A stretch of 64,000 bases of DNA. It comes from Octopus sinensis (lineage: Eukaryota). Within the stretch, counting starts at the first letter, position 1. Each line of letters starts with the position of its first letter. This document shows, one piece after another, positions 12,222-24,736 of the stretch. The stretch covers positions 93,496,001 to 93,560,000 of the forward strand of contig NC_042999.1 in the NCBI RefSeq assembly GCF_006345805.1, given 5' to 3'. Below the pieces are notes generated by a model. The model did not search any database and was not told the origin of the DNA. It saw nothing but the letters and a program-made list of their open reading frames with translations. The translations under genes were made by a program, and so were the position numbers.

Positions 12222-15200
12222 AGTGAGCTTCGAATGTCACATCGCCACTATCATATCCTTGAGATGGATATAGACTACACTGTAACAGTGTTATCATACT
12301 ACAAAACTAAGTCAGTAACAAAAATGTAACAAACTTATATCTGTTCTCAATGATTTCTACGACTGCCTTCTCAAATGCGACTGCACACACCACACTGTAC
12401 CTCGTACTGTTTGTACGCATGCGCCTTTATAAGGTTTAGGATAGTTCACTTGCTATCCCACAAGGGTGTCAAGTTTTTACCACAACATATTTGAAGTTTC
12501 GTCTGACGGTACTAGTTTGGCTGCAGATTATCTCGAACCAGCAGTGAACATCTCTGAGATTAGCAGATCAACCTCTATACGCTATATATTATCCCGAGCC
12601 TGAATTTCTCGACTGTTAAAGGCAGTATGCGATCAGTGCGAAATACAACACACAAAACCAGGTTTACATCAGTTTGACATTGTCAACCCATAAAGCTGTA
12701 AGTTCATAGTCCACCGTAAAGCTACATCGATGAACTGTCAATATTGAGACCTCTCCTACACTGACAGAAGATATAGTGCAAGCAAAGTAAGAAGCACAGG
12801 CAAGGTCAGGGTTACTCTGCTATATCATGATCACTAAAATTCTGCTCTTTCTGCATGTATTGAAAAGTAAGGTAACGAAAGAAGATTTAACTACTCTTTT
12901 CGTTTGCTTCTCTATAGAGTTTGCCGATCATTACTTTCAAACATTAGAAGTCAGTACCTCATTCTCTAAATTTTTCGCTCTAAGAGTTCAGCTGAGGATT
13001 GACCAGCGAGAAATATGTTGACTACATTCATTTCAAACTTGTTAGCCTCAAAGGTTTTCATCATAGGAACGAAGAAGAGAAAATCTAGCCAGTCTCTCCC
13101 TCAAAAAGGAGCAGCTGTATCGATTTTTATTATAGACTCAGCTGATAGCAGTATCAGCTCTAAGTGAATGGGCAATTATTCAATATCAGTTCGTGGGCGC
13201 GTAATGTATGGGTAGCAGACAATATTTTGGAGAATGGTTACGTCATCTCAAGTAAGATTGGTGATAATTATTTCAACGCCTTTAGAGTTTATCATGAGAT
13301 AAGATGAACATTACGGAGTCTTCCATTAAAGAATACTGAGGCTGTTTTCATCCACCCACAGTCCTGTTCCCAAGCCATTGTCACTCTTAAACTGCACGGA
13401 TCCTCTTAATGGTGCATTTCTGCCGACTGAATTGTGTAGATTGGAGAGTGCCACGTATCATTGGAAACATTCTAGATACCAAACAACCAGAGTTGTGTAT
13501 GCACTGATCCATTTACTGAACTCCGCCAAGTAGACGTACTGCATAAGCTTCAGCGCTGGCATCTCGATCTCAATACAGAGTGGAAGTTGCTAGCAGATAA
13601 ATCGTGTAATCTGTTTTGTCCACAACGAATGAAAAAAAAGGATGGGAAAACTGGTTGGATATTTCGTATGTTACACCATTATCTATTATTGTAGAAAAAA
13701 CCCGAGCATGTAAACCGAGTCCTCGATGACACGTCAGAAATCACTGTTGGCCTCCAGCGACAGGCTTCGGAAGGCACCGACTTTCTGACCTACCTCAGTG
13801 TCTCTCTTAGTGTTAGTGCCCGTGAATCCACATACTCTTGAAGTATGATGCCGATCGTCTCTAAATTCAAAGCGCAATAATGGTTACAAGGTCAGATTAT
13901 CCTGTATCAAGTGATACAGAATTTGACCGATATACTTCTCAATGTCTCCCCCGTCCATTGAAATAACTCTAATGTTAACACATACAAGAGAGAAAAATTA
14001 AGGGAGTCTATTCGGTGGGCTGAATGTGTAATGTTAAACGGCGCTACAGTTAGAATATTCAGTTTGACTGCAGTATATTCCATTGTTCAGTGTAGCGGTA
14101 TATCCTCTGAAAATGAGACAGGAACGACTTGCACGGGTGGCAAATAAAAGGATGTTAATATCGACCATGTTTAAACTCTTTGACTAATCAAAATTAATTT
14201 GTGCCCCGCTGAAAAAATATGACCTCCAGGTGTGCTCTACGCCTAATTCGATATGGTGGAGAATTACGAGAAGACTTCTGCTGCAGATTGCAATTTTTGT
14301 GCTTACTATTTCTATGCTTAGACCTGTTATTGTGTGTCTCTTCCCGAATCTGTAGGCAACTGATGATAACCTTACTTGAGAACAAGACTCCAAGTCTAAT
14401 TGAGACTATCTGACTGAAAAGAGCCGATTCATCATGAGGGTTTAGATGAAGTGCATTAATCTTTATTAAACATTTCGGGAAAAAAGCACAACTGCGTGAC
14501 TTGAGCTGGGTTGCTCGAAGAGACAAATCAGTTGTAAACATCCACGTTTGAGGTGATCGAATGCGACTTGGAAATCTTTGCCTTGCTGATCGCTACCGTA
14601 TCAGGACGTAGGACAATAACTCCCTTACCTGTGAACACATGTCATGGCTTATACGCTAATTTCATCTCAATTATTATTGGGCTTATTATTATTATTTCTA
14701 TTCTTGTAGGAGGCGGAACAAAAATAATGGTAAGTAACTTACCCTGTTTAGTGTTAACCATTTCCAAAATCCTTTTCCGGAAAATCCATAATTTCTTTTG
14801 TCCAGTAATACTGTGAAACAACATTTCACGTGAACAAAGTTTTTCCTGGGAGTGAGACGTGTTTTGATTTTTTTCTGTCCACAAATATCCGTTGTAGAGT
14901 TTTTTCAGAGTTTGAGTGCATCAAGACTAAACTTGGAGTTAAAACGTATTATTTGTTGAGTGTATTAATTGAATCAGTTCTTCGCATGCACATCGACGAT
15001 TTGTGTAACTGGCAAACTCGTCGGTGAGTTATAGCCATGGTTCTAGTAACTGTAAATCTCAATGTTGGTGGTGGTGCGGCCGTACTGATTCTTATTGACC
15101 TTGTTCCTGTTTTCCGTGTATTTCTTGCAGCCAAATTGTTTTTTGTTATTGATTCTATCCTTGGTGATGTGGTTGTTATTTTTTCTTATGTTTCCTGTAA

Positions 15201-15559
15201 CTACTATTTCCGATGCCGTTTATTTGTCTGATTTATCTGTGGTCATTTCAGTTGTAGCTGTGGCAGCGTTGGTATTTGTTGTTGCTACTGGTTGTTGTTA
15301 TTGCTGCTGTTGCTGGTAGCGCTGTTGTATTTTGGGCAGTTCGATTATCAACTGGACTGAATGTTTCTCCACACTCTTTAGCGTGTTGCTTACCTTGTCA
15401 CAATCAAAATTTTAACTTCAATGCATTGTGCTTTTTATTAATTTGATAAGTGACCTCTCTTTGTTTTAGATAGCCCTGCTATATTATTGCATTCGGACGT
15501 TTTAGTAATTTCCAGATCCAAAGTGATCTTACCGCCTGATGAGTGTAATATGTTTGTCT

Positions 15560-15602
<43 letters not shown>

Positions 15603-15610
15603 ATATATAT

Positions 15611-16362
15611 ATTTATATTATATTGAGGGTACTACTATTCGTAGATACCAACACGCTAAGAGGGACCAATGCGGTCAAAACTACTAAAAATAAACAAAAT
15701 TTTACCGAATGCAAAACTTCAAAACACATCATTTTAAAAACAAATTCAGTTACATATCACATGTGATTTCGCATTTAATGCAGAATATGCATTTCATGTT
15801 CGTCAGTGCAACAAACTCAAGGAATTTAAGAAAAAACATAACATTACAAACTCGATAGCCAACCGTAGAACTCGTCGTAGCTTGTACGAATGTTTATCCT
15901 TACATATCTATGAAAATGGCGGGCTTTTTCGCAATGCATTTCGGTACCAAATTGCCTAGTCGGAATAAAAATTCAGTATTGAACTATTCCGGTGAAAAAT
16001 ATAAATTAACAATTGAGGATAAAATCTTTAAAAGAAATTATCAGTAGTCAGCGTGAAAAACCTCGTAAGAGAAAAAATCCGTAAATTCTTCCTCTTTGAA
16101 AATATTCATTTATATTATATTGAGGGTACTACTATTCGTAGATACCAACATTCTAAGAGGGACCAATGCGGTAAATTTTGTTTATTTTTAGTAGTTTTGA
16201 CCGCATTGGTCCCTCTTAGCGTGTTGGTATCTACGAATAGTAGTACCCTCAATATAATATAAATGAATATTTTCAAAGAGGAAGAATTTACGGATTTTTT
16301 CTCTTACGAGGTTTTTCACGCTGACTACTGATAATTTCTTTTAAAGATTTTATCCTCAATTG

Positions 16363-16367
<5 letters not shown>
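15611..16367. mobile_element. Composite non-coding insertion between (TA)n tracts: 65-bp direct repeats, an internal hammerhead and a 168-bp fold-back hairpin
   Basis: 15611-15675 repeats at 16108-16172 (2 mismatches). Arms 16005-16172 and 16200-16367 are reverse complements (2 mismatches, 27-nt loop). Confidence 0.85.
15749..15812 (-). ncRNA. Type I hammerhead ribozyme motif
   Basis: GUUGCA-CUGACGA-A-CAU..AAUGCA UAUUC UGCAUU..AUG-C-GAAA-UCACAUGUGAU-A-UGUAAC. 6-bp stem I, 12-nt palindromic stem III, AUA triplet, A.C at the base of stem II. Confidence 0.7.
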
Positions 16368-16425
<58 letters not shown>

Positions 16426-16434
16426 GTATATATA

Positions 16435-16473
<39 letters not shown>

Positions 16474-17793
16474 TTGGTAATAGGAGATGCATATGAATCG
16501 TTTCTACATATATGTGCAGAGGAAATGTTTATGTTGTTGTTTGTGTTGTAACCACTGCTACTGCTGTGCTTGTAACGGTCTAAGAGTTTCTAGCAACGAT
16601 GGAGACGAAACTCTGCCCTTGCTACTTCTGCTATGAGACACCAGTCCCTGATTTGGATGGTTTGGTCAATTATGTAGCACTTAGGCGCACGAATGGCAGA
16701 ATAAGTTTAGTTGCAATCAAATTAAATTCTATATAGGTTAAATGCGAACACATGCTAAAAGATATTAATACTTCTGCTCCCTCCGATACATATTATGGTT
16801 ATCATGTTATCAATTTAAGTGAATAAAAATGATTGTATATAAAATCACAAAGACTGAATACATTCACAGTATACCAGTAAACAATATTCCACGCTAATGT
16901 TTGTGACTTATTGCGACAAATAAAAATAAATGTTTCCTAAAATATACACCACGAAAAACACCCTTCCAAGAACCATTTACATATAACCACTGAAAATATC
17001 AATATCATGCATGTAAATGATTAAAGATTGGTCCATATATATGTAAAAGACAAATATGACAAAATTCAACCGTTGTTCGTCATCAGCGAAATTAGCATGT
17101 ATAAGGTCTCTTGAGAGAGGTTTTACCTCACAGCTACAGCATAAATTGGGAATACTATAAATACTAGGTTGAAAAATGTTAAGCTAAAACGAGGCCAAGA
17201 AAATTCTCCACATGAACATTATCCAGAAAAAAATAGAAGTGAAAATGATAGATCACGTCTGAGAAGAGCGAAGCGTAATTATGAGGCTGGTGTTTGCTTG
17301 ATTGAAACACATGATCTAAGAATTATTACTGTGCGTTCTTGTACGAGAGAGTTGTCTTCATACATTAAAAGCTATACTTAAGGACCGGCCCCAAACAGCG
17401 CAAATAAAATCACCTATATTAAATTAGCGAGGCCACCGTTAAAATATTGAATAATATTATAAATTGCCACCAGTAAAGGACATGGTATCTAATGGGAGTA
17501 ATAGTTTCGAAAACAATTGTGTGTTTCTGAAATGATTGTAGGTTTACATACACAGGATGATTTATAAACCTACATTACTAGGATTGGAACAGAGGAAAAT
17601 GAATCGGAATGGAGTGTGATATATCTTCTGCATTGATTAAAATGTATGATGGCCAATATATAAACAAGAATCTATTACTTACAAATATGGTCTTCACAGA
17701 GAAAATATGACAGTGCATATTTTACGTAGAATACTTTAAATATAGGGAGCAACACTACAAAACGCTGTATATTACCAACGCCAACGAACACCG

Positions 17794-17859
<66 letters not shown>

Positions 17860-18892
17860 ACATACACATATGTGTGCGTGTATGTTTGTATGTTTCGTGT
17901 GTGTGTATACGAACTGGGAACTGGCAGAAATAAAAATCCTGTGGAAGTGTGACCAATAAAATCAATTTATGAGTTCTATTAATCGAATTGTTCGTAACAA
18001 TATACTGGACGTTACGAGCAAATGTAAACTACTACAATTTATGGCAAATCAATGAACGAATGAAACTGCAATAATACATGAATAAGAAAAAAAAACCGCA
18101 TAGACTCAGCATGTACCAAACTAAGTGCGCACTACATAAATAGCATCTATAATAATGCGAATGTAAGGCAGCAAAATAACTTGATGGGCACTATTGAATC
18201 TTCTTCAATTATATGCGTGTGGAGCAGTGTTACTGAGTTGAAGCTATATAATAATAGCACAAGTGCAGCGCGTGCTGTTTAAAAATAAGAGTTTAGACAC
18301 GCCAGTAAACCATGCTAGACAGCTTTGACAAACGAGATCACTTTATACAATGTAGGTTGCTATACAAAAGATATGCCAGAGCGGGGGGTAAAGGGGCGAA
18401 TGAAAAAAATAGGGTCATATATAGGCTACGTCTTTCATCATTTAAAGATATATTTACTTGTATCATATAAAAAAGAAAAAGTAAAAAAACACAGATAAGA
18501 ATGGACCATTTTGCGCCTTAATGAAAAAAACACGATTTCATAAACTAGATTCTATTTCTGTTGAACGCTTTTCGTTTACATCTTGCTGAGCCGAACTGCT
18601 TCTTTGCGTATTATTGCACTGTTGCTACCATGTATCGATTTGTCATAAATTGTGGTATTTCACTAATCTTTCGATAACGTTCAGTATGATCTGACCAGCA
18701 ATTCGATTAATACAGCTCATAAATTGATTTTCTTATTCATTTTCTCTCATATTTTTTTCCCTTGATTCTTCTAGTGTTCTGTGATTTCCACATTTGTAAA
18801 TATCATTATATCTCTCTTCAATTCTTTCTATAATTCTCTGTAGTCCTTCGCTCCACTGTTCTCTCTCCCTTTCCCTCTTCCTCTCTTAGCAC

Positions 18893-18925
<33 letters not shown>

Positions 18926-19974
18926 TTTTTTATATACATACACACACGGCTCGTCTCACATATATATATATCGACATAGATCCATATATGTAAATCTATA
19001 TGCATATATATGCATATATATACACGCATTTATAAATATATATATCTGTGTGCATGTGTATGAATGCATGCATGTACGTACGTACGCATGTATGTATGTA
19101 TGTATGTATGCATGTATGTATGAATGTATGTATGTACGTATGTGCGTGTGTAAATAAATTACAGTACATTTGTCTCGCAATATGTGTCTGACTATTCTCG
19201 TGTGTACATAGAAGTTTAAATAAGTTAGTCTCCACATTTCTATGCCATTCGCTCTCTCTGTCTCTACCATTTTCAGATATCTATTGTTTTGCACCTAGTT
19301 GAGCAAACATTTTTACCTACAAGCACACACACAAACGTTCAAGACTATAAGTTTGCAAACGCACACAAAGAGCCATAAACAGAGCCACACACATACACAG
19401 CCACACACAAACACACACACGCACACTCTTATAGACATGCATGTGCATACACACAACACATATGTATGTGTATTAGTAATCATGATGATGATCATCATAA
19501 TGGACATGATCATCATGATCATAATCATTTTCATATCCATCATCATGATAAGGCATTCACGCATCGACAAAAGCTGACTTTCTTTGGTTGCAAAAATATG
19601 TCATATTCCTGACAATAATGTGTCATTCATTATCTACACCTTAGATCCGCTGTGATTGTTCTTTTTTGGACAAAGTTGGGGAGATTCTGGGTCAGCTAAG
19701 GAGAAAGGTCTTGCTTGAGGTGTAAGAAAACAAAACAATAACAAAACAGCAAAGCAGCATGATATCGACAGCAGCAAGTCCATCCTCATAGTTAACATGA
19801 GAAGCAGTGGAGCATGGGTAGAATATTATGATATAGGTTATGATTGACAGAGAAAAAATATAACTTAAATGAACTTACATTTTATACTCTGAGGACCTGT
19901 TAGTTAACCTAGTCAAAGTGGCAGGTGATCGACAATTTTATTATTATCTCTTTATCACAGGTTTTGTTGCAGCT

Positions 19975-20625
19975 TCTGGAGTCTTTCATGCGTAGCGGGC
20001 TTAATACCTGCAGCCTTTTCCTGATTATTCTGGCCGTGTCAAGGAGGCAAAGATTTTGTATCAAACCTACTAGGCACTCTATCCCAATTTCCTTTATATT
20101 CCTCTTGATACCTTTTTATACTGTTCCCAAGGACCCAAAAATAATTGGCACTAACTTCACCTTCTTCATTTTCTATAGCCGAACTATTTTGTACTTAAGA
20201 AGGTTGTATCAGTCTATCTTTCCCTTTCTTTCTTGACTATTCTTGGGTGAAAGGGGCATGCAACATCAACTATATAACATATGTGGTGCACCTTGTCCAC
20301 CACCACTAGGCCCAGTCTTTTATGTTCTAACACCTGATCTGTTTGCATTGGGAAAACTTAGAAGATTTTTGTAGTCTCTGACTCCGCCACTCTCTGTGGT
20401 TTGTGCTCATACCACGCTCATACATCTCTCTAGCCACCCCCTTTTCGCACAGTTTCTAATGTAGCACTTTCGCTACCTGGTCGTGTCGCAACACATTGTA
20501 GTGGTTCTGAGTAAGTCTAGGGCATTCGTTCGTGATATGGGGAATGGTTTCATCCACTCTATTGCAGGTGCGGCACATGGGGAGACACTGGCTCATTTCT
20601 AAGGTTGACCCTCCAGTTCGTGCGC
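19975..20625 (-). mobile_element. 5'-truncated R4/Dong-type LINE
   Basis: CRTCNRVDETIPHITNEC, RHDQVAKVLH, RPDLVVVDK...VDVACP, VPII.GSLG, TARIIRK. Confidence 0.8.
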
Positions 20626-20628
20626 GGC

Positions 20629-20815
20629 AAGCTAGCAGAATCGATAGCACGCCTGACAAGATGCTTAGCGCCGTTTCATCTGTCTTTACGTTCTGAGTTC
20701 AAATTCCGGCGTGGTCGACTTTGCCTGTCATCCTTTCGGTGTCTATAAAATAATTATCAGTTGAAAACTAGTGTCGATGTCATCGACTAGTCCCAACTCT
20801 CAAAACTGCAGCCTC
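20629..20815 (+). mobile_element. SINE family A copy with (ATT)n tail
   Basis: AGCTAGCAGAATCGATAGCACGCC...TTACGTTCTGAGTTCAAATTCC...GTCGACTTTGCCTGTCATCCTTTCGG, then AAAGG(ATT)n at 20832-20940. Confidence 0.8.
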
Positions 20816-20831
20816 GTGATTTTAAGAAAGG

Positions 20832-21090
<259 letters not shown>

Positions 21091-21699
21091 CAAAACAATG
21101 CGATTCACATTGACATTTTCTGTCTCATACATTTTTTTATTGAATGCTGATATGAAAATTTTGGATAAGGTTTTAGTAAGATATCCCATTTCCTTATGTG
21201 CTTCTCGGTGAGGCTCAAACATCCCCAAAAGACCTATCCATGACATCCTTCCCTTCGTGCAATGCATCAAATAAGTGGCGGATAGTGAAACTGGTAAGTG
21301 CTGATAACCTCAATATATAGTCATATGTTCGGTGATAATCTAAAATGGCTATCTACAGAAACATTGAACGCAACGCTTTTGATTCTTTACTGAGGAAATT
21401 AGATCCATGCCGCAATAAGTAAGACGCCGTAGGTCCGTGTAGTCATGTGCGGATACCTCACTCGCAAAGTGGCGGAGACACAGTTAAGCAGGTGATCAGT
21501 GCTGTTGTAAATGACTACGGAGCGTTGACAGCAGCAACCATTTACCTGTTAAAAGTCAGTAGGCTTGCAGCACGGCAGTGAGAGAGACTGCATAGGAGGG
21601 AGCTGAACCTCAAACTGATAAGATTACATGGCATATCATTTGGTTCAGAACCCCGGGCTGAGAGAACGTCGGATAGTGATCTTTCTCAAGAATTTTACA

Positions 21700-21852
21700 T
21701 GGACCATTTCACCGATACGAATTTATGTGTGAAAACATTAAAAATTAACATTCTATAAAACTTGTTTTTAAACATCAAATAGCAAATGGGTCCGCCAGAA
21801 TAAAATAGCAATCAAAAGGGTCAATAGACAAAAAAATGTTTGAGAACCCCTG
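21700..21852 (+). mobile_element. hAT-type MITE right-end fragment
   Basis: Ends in GTTTGAGAACCCCTG, the reverse complement of the hAT/Charlie-type terminus CAGGGGTTCTCAAAC. No left end found. Confidence 0.45.
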
Positions 21853-22906
21853 CATTAGATGAAAGGAAGATAGATGAGACAATTCACTTACCTTATTGTT
21901 GAGAGACAGTATAGCTTTGCGATATCTCTATGAATAGCTTCGGAGGCCTCCTGAAGTTTAAAATACTATTCATTATTTGAAATTTACGTCTTATTTTTAC
22001 ACTCTTTTTTATGTAACCTGCATCGCCGCCAATACTTTTGTTTTCTCTTAATAATTAGCATAACTACTAGTCAAATACTAGGGTCAATGTAATCAATCTG
22101 CTCCCAGGCGCCAAATTTTCTGGCCTTGTACATATAACTGAAAAGATTATTTGTATTATTGTTGCTACTTGTATTGATGTTGTTTTGTTGTTATTCTCAG
22201 TTGGTGACATGTCGTACATGACTTTAAAAAGAAAATTGATGTTTTATAATTTTGAAGAGTTTTGCATTCAGAAGCGAAAATATTCTTCCTGGGTGTCCTC
22301 TATTCAATGAGAACATATATTTTCCATTTGAAAAGACGTTTTTATTTGTTAAATTACCATTAGAGAAAAATGGTCTGTAAACATGGTGCTTATGGAGGTG
22401 ACTGTATATATAAGAGTCTCGCTTATAAATAGCAACAAAATACATATATCCCCAAACCGATTTGGGAAATGGATTAAACTAATATTGAACAGCTCCCACA
22501 GATACATATGTAAAAAGAGAAACTTGCACTTTGATACATGCGTGTAGAAATATACAAGGTAATAACAGCTTAACAGACAAAGAATTTCTTGTCATAGGTC
22601 AGCTCGAAAAAAAATCTTGGTTGGGTTACGTGAGAATTAGAATGCTTTCTTGCTCAAGGAATTAATCCAGGTTTAAGTGTGACAGTATTGATTCTCGTAA
22701 AACAAAATGGACGTGGTTTCTACATATCTACCAAAAACAAAAAAGTTTGGATGACTTTTGTGGTTGTAGGACTACGTCTGTTTAATTTACAAGAGTAGGG
22801 CCTACTGAGATCTGATCGCTATGACTATTTAGTTCTATATTTAAAAGATGAGGAATTATGTACGTTATTTTCATTATTTACATTTTTCCTCATCTTGTTT
22901 GTCTTT

Positions 22907-22953
22907 AACACAACGTTTCGGCTGATATATCCTCCAGCTTTTATCAGCTGTCT
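22907..22953 (-). ncRNA. Decayed minimal hammerhead motif
   Basis: GACAG-CUGAUAA-A-AGCUG..CAGCC-GAAAC-GUU-GUGUU. G8>A in the core and a mismatch in stem I; probably inactive. Confidence 0.55.
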
Positions 22954-23007
22954 CATTCTGGGTTCTCATTCCTAAGGTATGTTTTATGTTGGTGATGTTG
23001 TTGTTGT

Positions 23008-23069
<62 letters not shown>

Positions 23070-23070
<1 letters not shown>

Positions 23071-23138
23071 ACTGGAATCAAACTCGGAATCCCGAGGTTA
23101 TTAGCCCTCGCTCTTAACCATTCAGCCTTGCCCGTGGG
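23070..23138 (-). promoter_or_regulatory. tRNA-like Pol III internal promoter module (not a canonical tRNA)
   Basis: A-box-like AGGCTGAATGGT (23117-28), anticodon-arm-like CGAGG/CCTCG stem, B-box-like GAGTTTGATTCC (23074-85). Confidence 0.5.
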
Positions 23139-23162
23139 CAATTATAGAGTGAATTTTAGGGC

Positions 23163-23925
23163 TTATAAATCTAATATTTTCCTATCATTCCTTATGCTAT
23201 TCATATCAGCACTCGGTCTGCTTAGGAGGTTGCTGTGTCCTAGCATATGTACTGCTTCATTTAGTTTTCGTATTTTCCAGCGGTGCTCTCTGTGTATTAT
23301 TTTAAATTCATCCCACAGAGGAGGTGGTCTCTATTTTTCCATACATAATCAGCAATACCCGATTTATCAATATCTCCTCGTGTCACAGCTTTGCGATGTT
23401 CCTCTAACCCTATTTTGAGGGCACGCATGTTTCGCCTTTGTATAATCTACTACAGCTGCTTGGAATGGAGTACACATATTCTCTTCTATTGGTGGTTTTA
23501 CTCGATTGAGATATTTGCGAAATGTTGTATTACTCTTGGATACGTCCTGATGTCATATGGGCCGCATATCTTTTGTATTTTCTCGGAGAAGCCTTTCACA
23601 CAGTGTAGACAGACTGTGGACAATTTATTGGTTTCATCCTTCTTTTCTTCATAATTGGAGTGGATAGTGTGTTTTGGTGATAGATGTTGCTTAATAGATT
23701 GTTACTGAGCTCGATCATTTCTTCGTGGTGGGTATCACGATCGCTACTTATATTCTTTGCTCGATATTTTAGGCACTGAGCAGTCCCTTTCTTTACACTG
23801 TATGGATGGTGAGAACTGAAGGTGAGGTATCCTCCAGTGAAGGTCGGCTTGCGGTATACGGATGTCCTGAATCCATATTTGGTGCGTGTTATTAATACGC
23901 ACCAAATACAGATACCCTCCTTACT
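23163..23925 (-). pseudogene. Penelope-like element: RT thumb plus GIY-YIG endonuclease remnant
   Basis: TSVYRKPTFTGGYLTFSSHHPYSVKKG; VYSIPxSCSRLYKGET..PLKI.LEEHRKAV; HREHRWKIRKLNEAVHM. Several frameshifts. Confidence 0.88.
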
Positions 23926-24192
23926 CACCTGCGACTTTTTTGTTCCTCCGAAGGAAGAAAGGATTTAAATGAAAATGTTTGGCAGATGTAGAGGAGGTGC
24001 AGAAAAAAAGACAGAGGCGTTAAAAAGTTTCACTTAGAAAGAGTTCCAGGACTGATTCGAACAATGCAAAACGCTTCTGGGCCAATGCATTGCTTCAAAT
24101 GAAGAATACTTTGAAATTGAAAACAGTGTAAACATGTAATTCTAAGAGAATAAAATATTTCAAAATTCCAGTTTCTTTTGGCTACCGGCTCG
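23926..24192 (+). mobile_element. Mariner 3' fragment with right TIR
   Basis: PCDFF.F...KKDL..KC.ADVEEV, EFQD.FEQCKT...CIASNEEYFE, then AAAATTCCAGTTTCTTTTGGCTACCGGCTCG-TA. Confidence 0.75.
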
Positions 24193-24224
<32 letters not shown>

Positions 24225-24638
24225 TGTATGTATGTCGGTATGTATGTTTTTATACAATTTTGGTGTTCACTCTCGATCGCTAGATTTTGTGTTTGCTTCA
24301 CAAAATTGGTGGCGGATTGTGTTCTTGATTAAAACGCGTGTTTTGACATTGCTCAAGTTCCCCTTTTGATGAAGGGGGACTATTGTCGTGTTCGCCTGGC
24401 CAGCGTGGTGACGTCATTCGAAGGCAAAAAAGATGCAAAGCTCATTATGATCAGTGATGTATAAAGATAGCTGATATTCTATATATATAAATTAGAAAAA
24501 AAGCACCTTTTATCAATTCAATAATGAAAAATTAAATTATAGCATTTAGAAAAATTACATCTTATGGAAAGATTAAATATAAGATAAAACATATAACAAT
24601 GATTAGGTAATGTGCAAAATAATATACAACAAAACGTT

Positions 24639-24670
<32 letters not shown>

Positions 24671-24695
24671 CGGCGGGAACTTAGTTGCCAACCTA

Positions 24696-24728
<33 letters not shown>

Positions 24729-24736
24729 AATATATA

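Larger units (their letters stand above)
10320..12487 (-). mobile_element. Internally deleted Gypsy (Ty3/Gypsy) LTR retrotransposon
   Basis: Diverged direct LTRs ~10320-10533 and ~12250-12487, both starting TGTTGTGG on the minus strand. PPT AAAAACGGGAGA abuts the 3' LTR, PBS-like TAGTGGCGAT follows the 5' LTR. Gag, RT and integrase-tail remnants lie between. Confidence 0.85.

Noticed and set aside
15655-15690. CTAAGAG-GGACC-AATGC-GGTC-AAAAC as a second hammerhead in the direct repeat
   Set aside because: Core G5 is missing, GAAA is altered and there is no stem I or III.
23070-23138. Genuine tRNA gene (also the SINE heads at 1680-1734 and 2493-2570)
   Set aside because: No complete acceptor stem or canonical T-loop; the context is repeat-derived.
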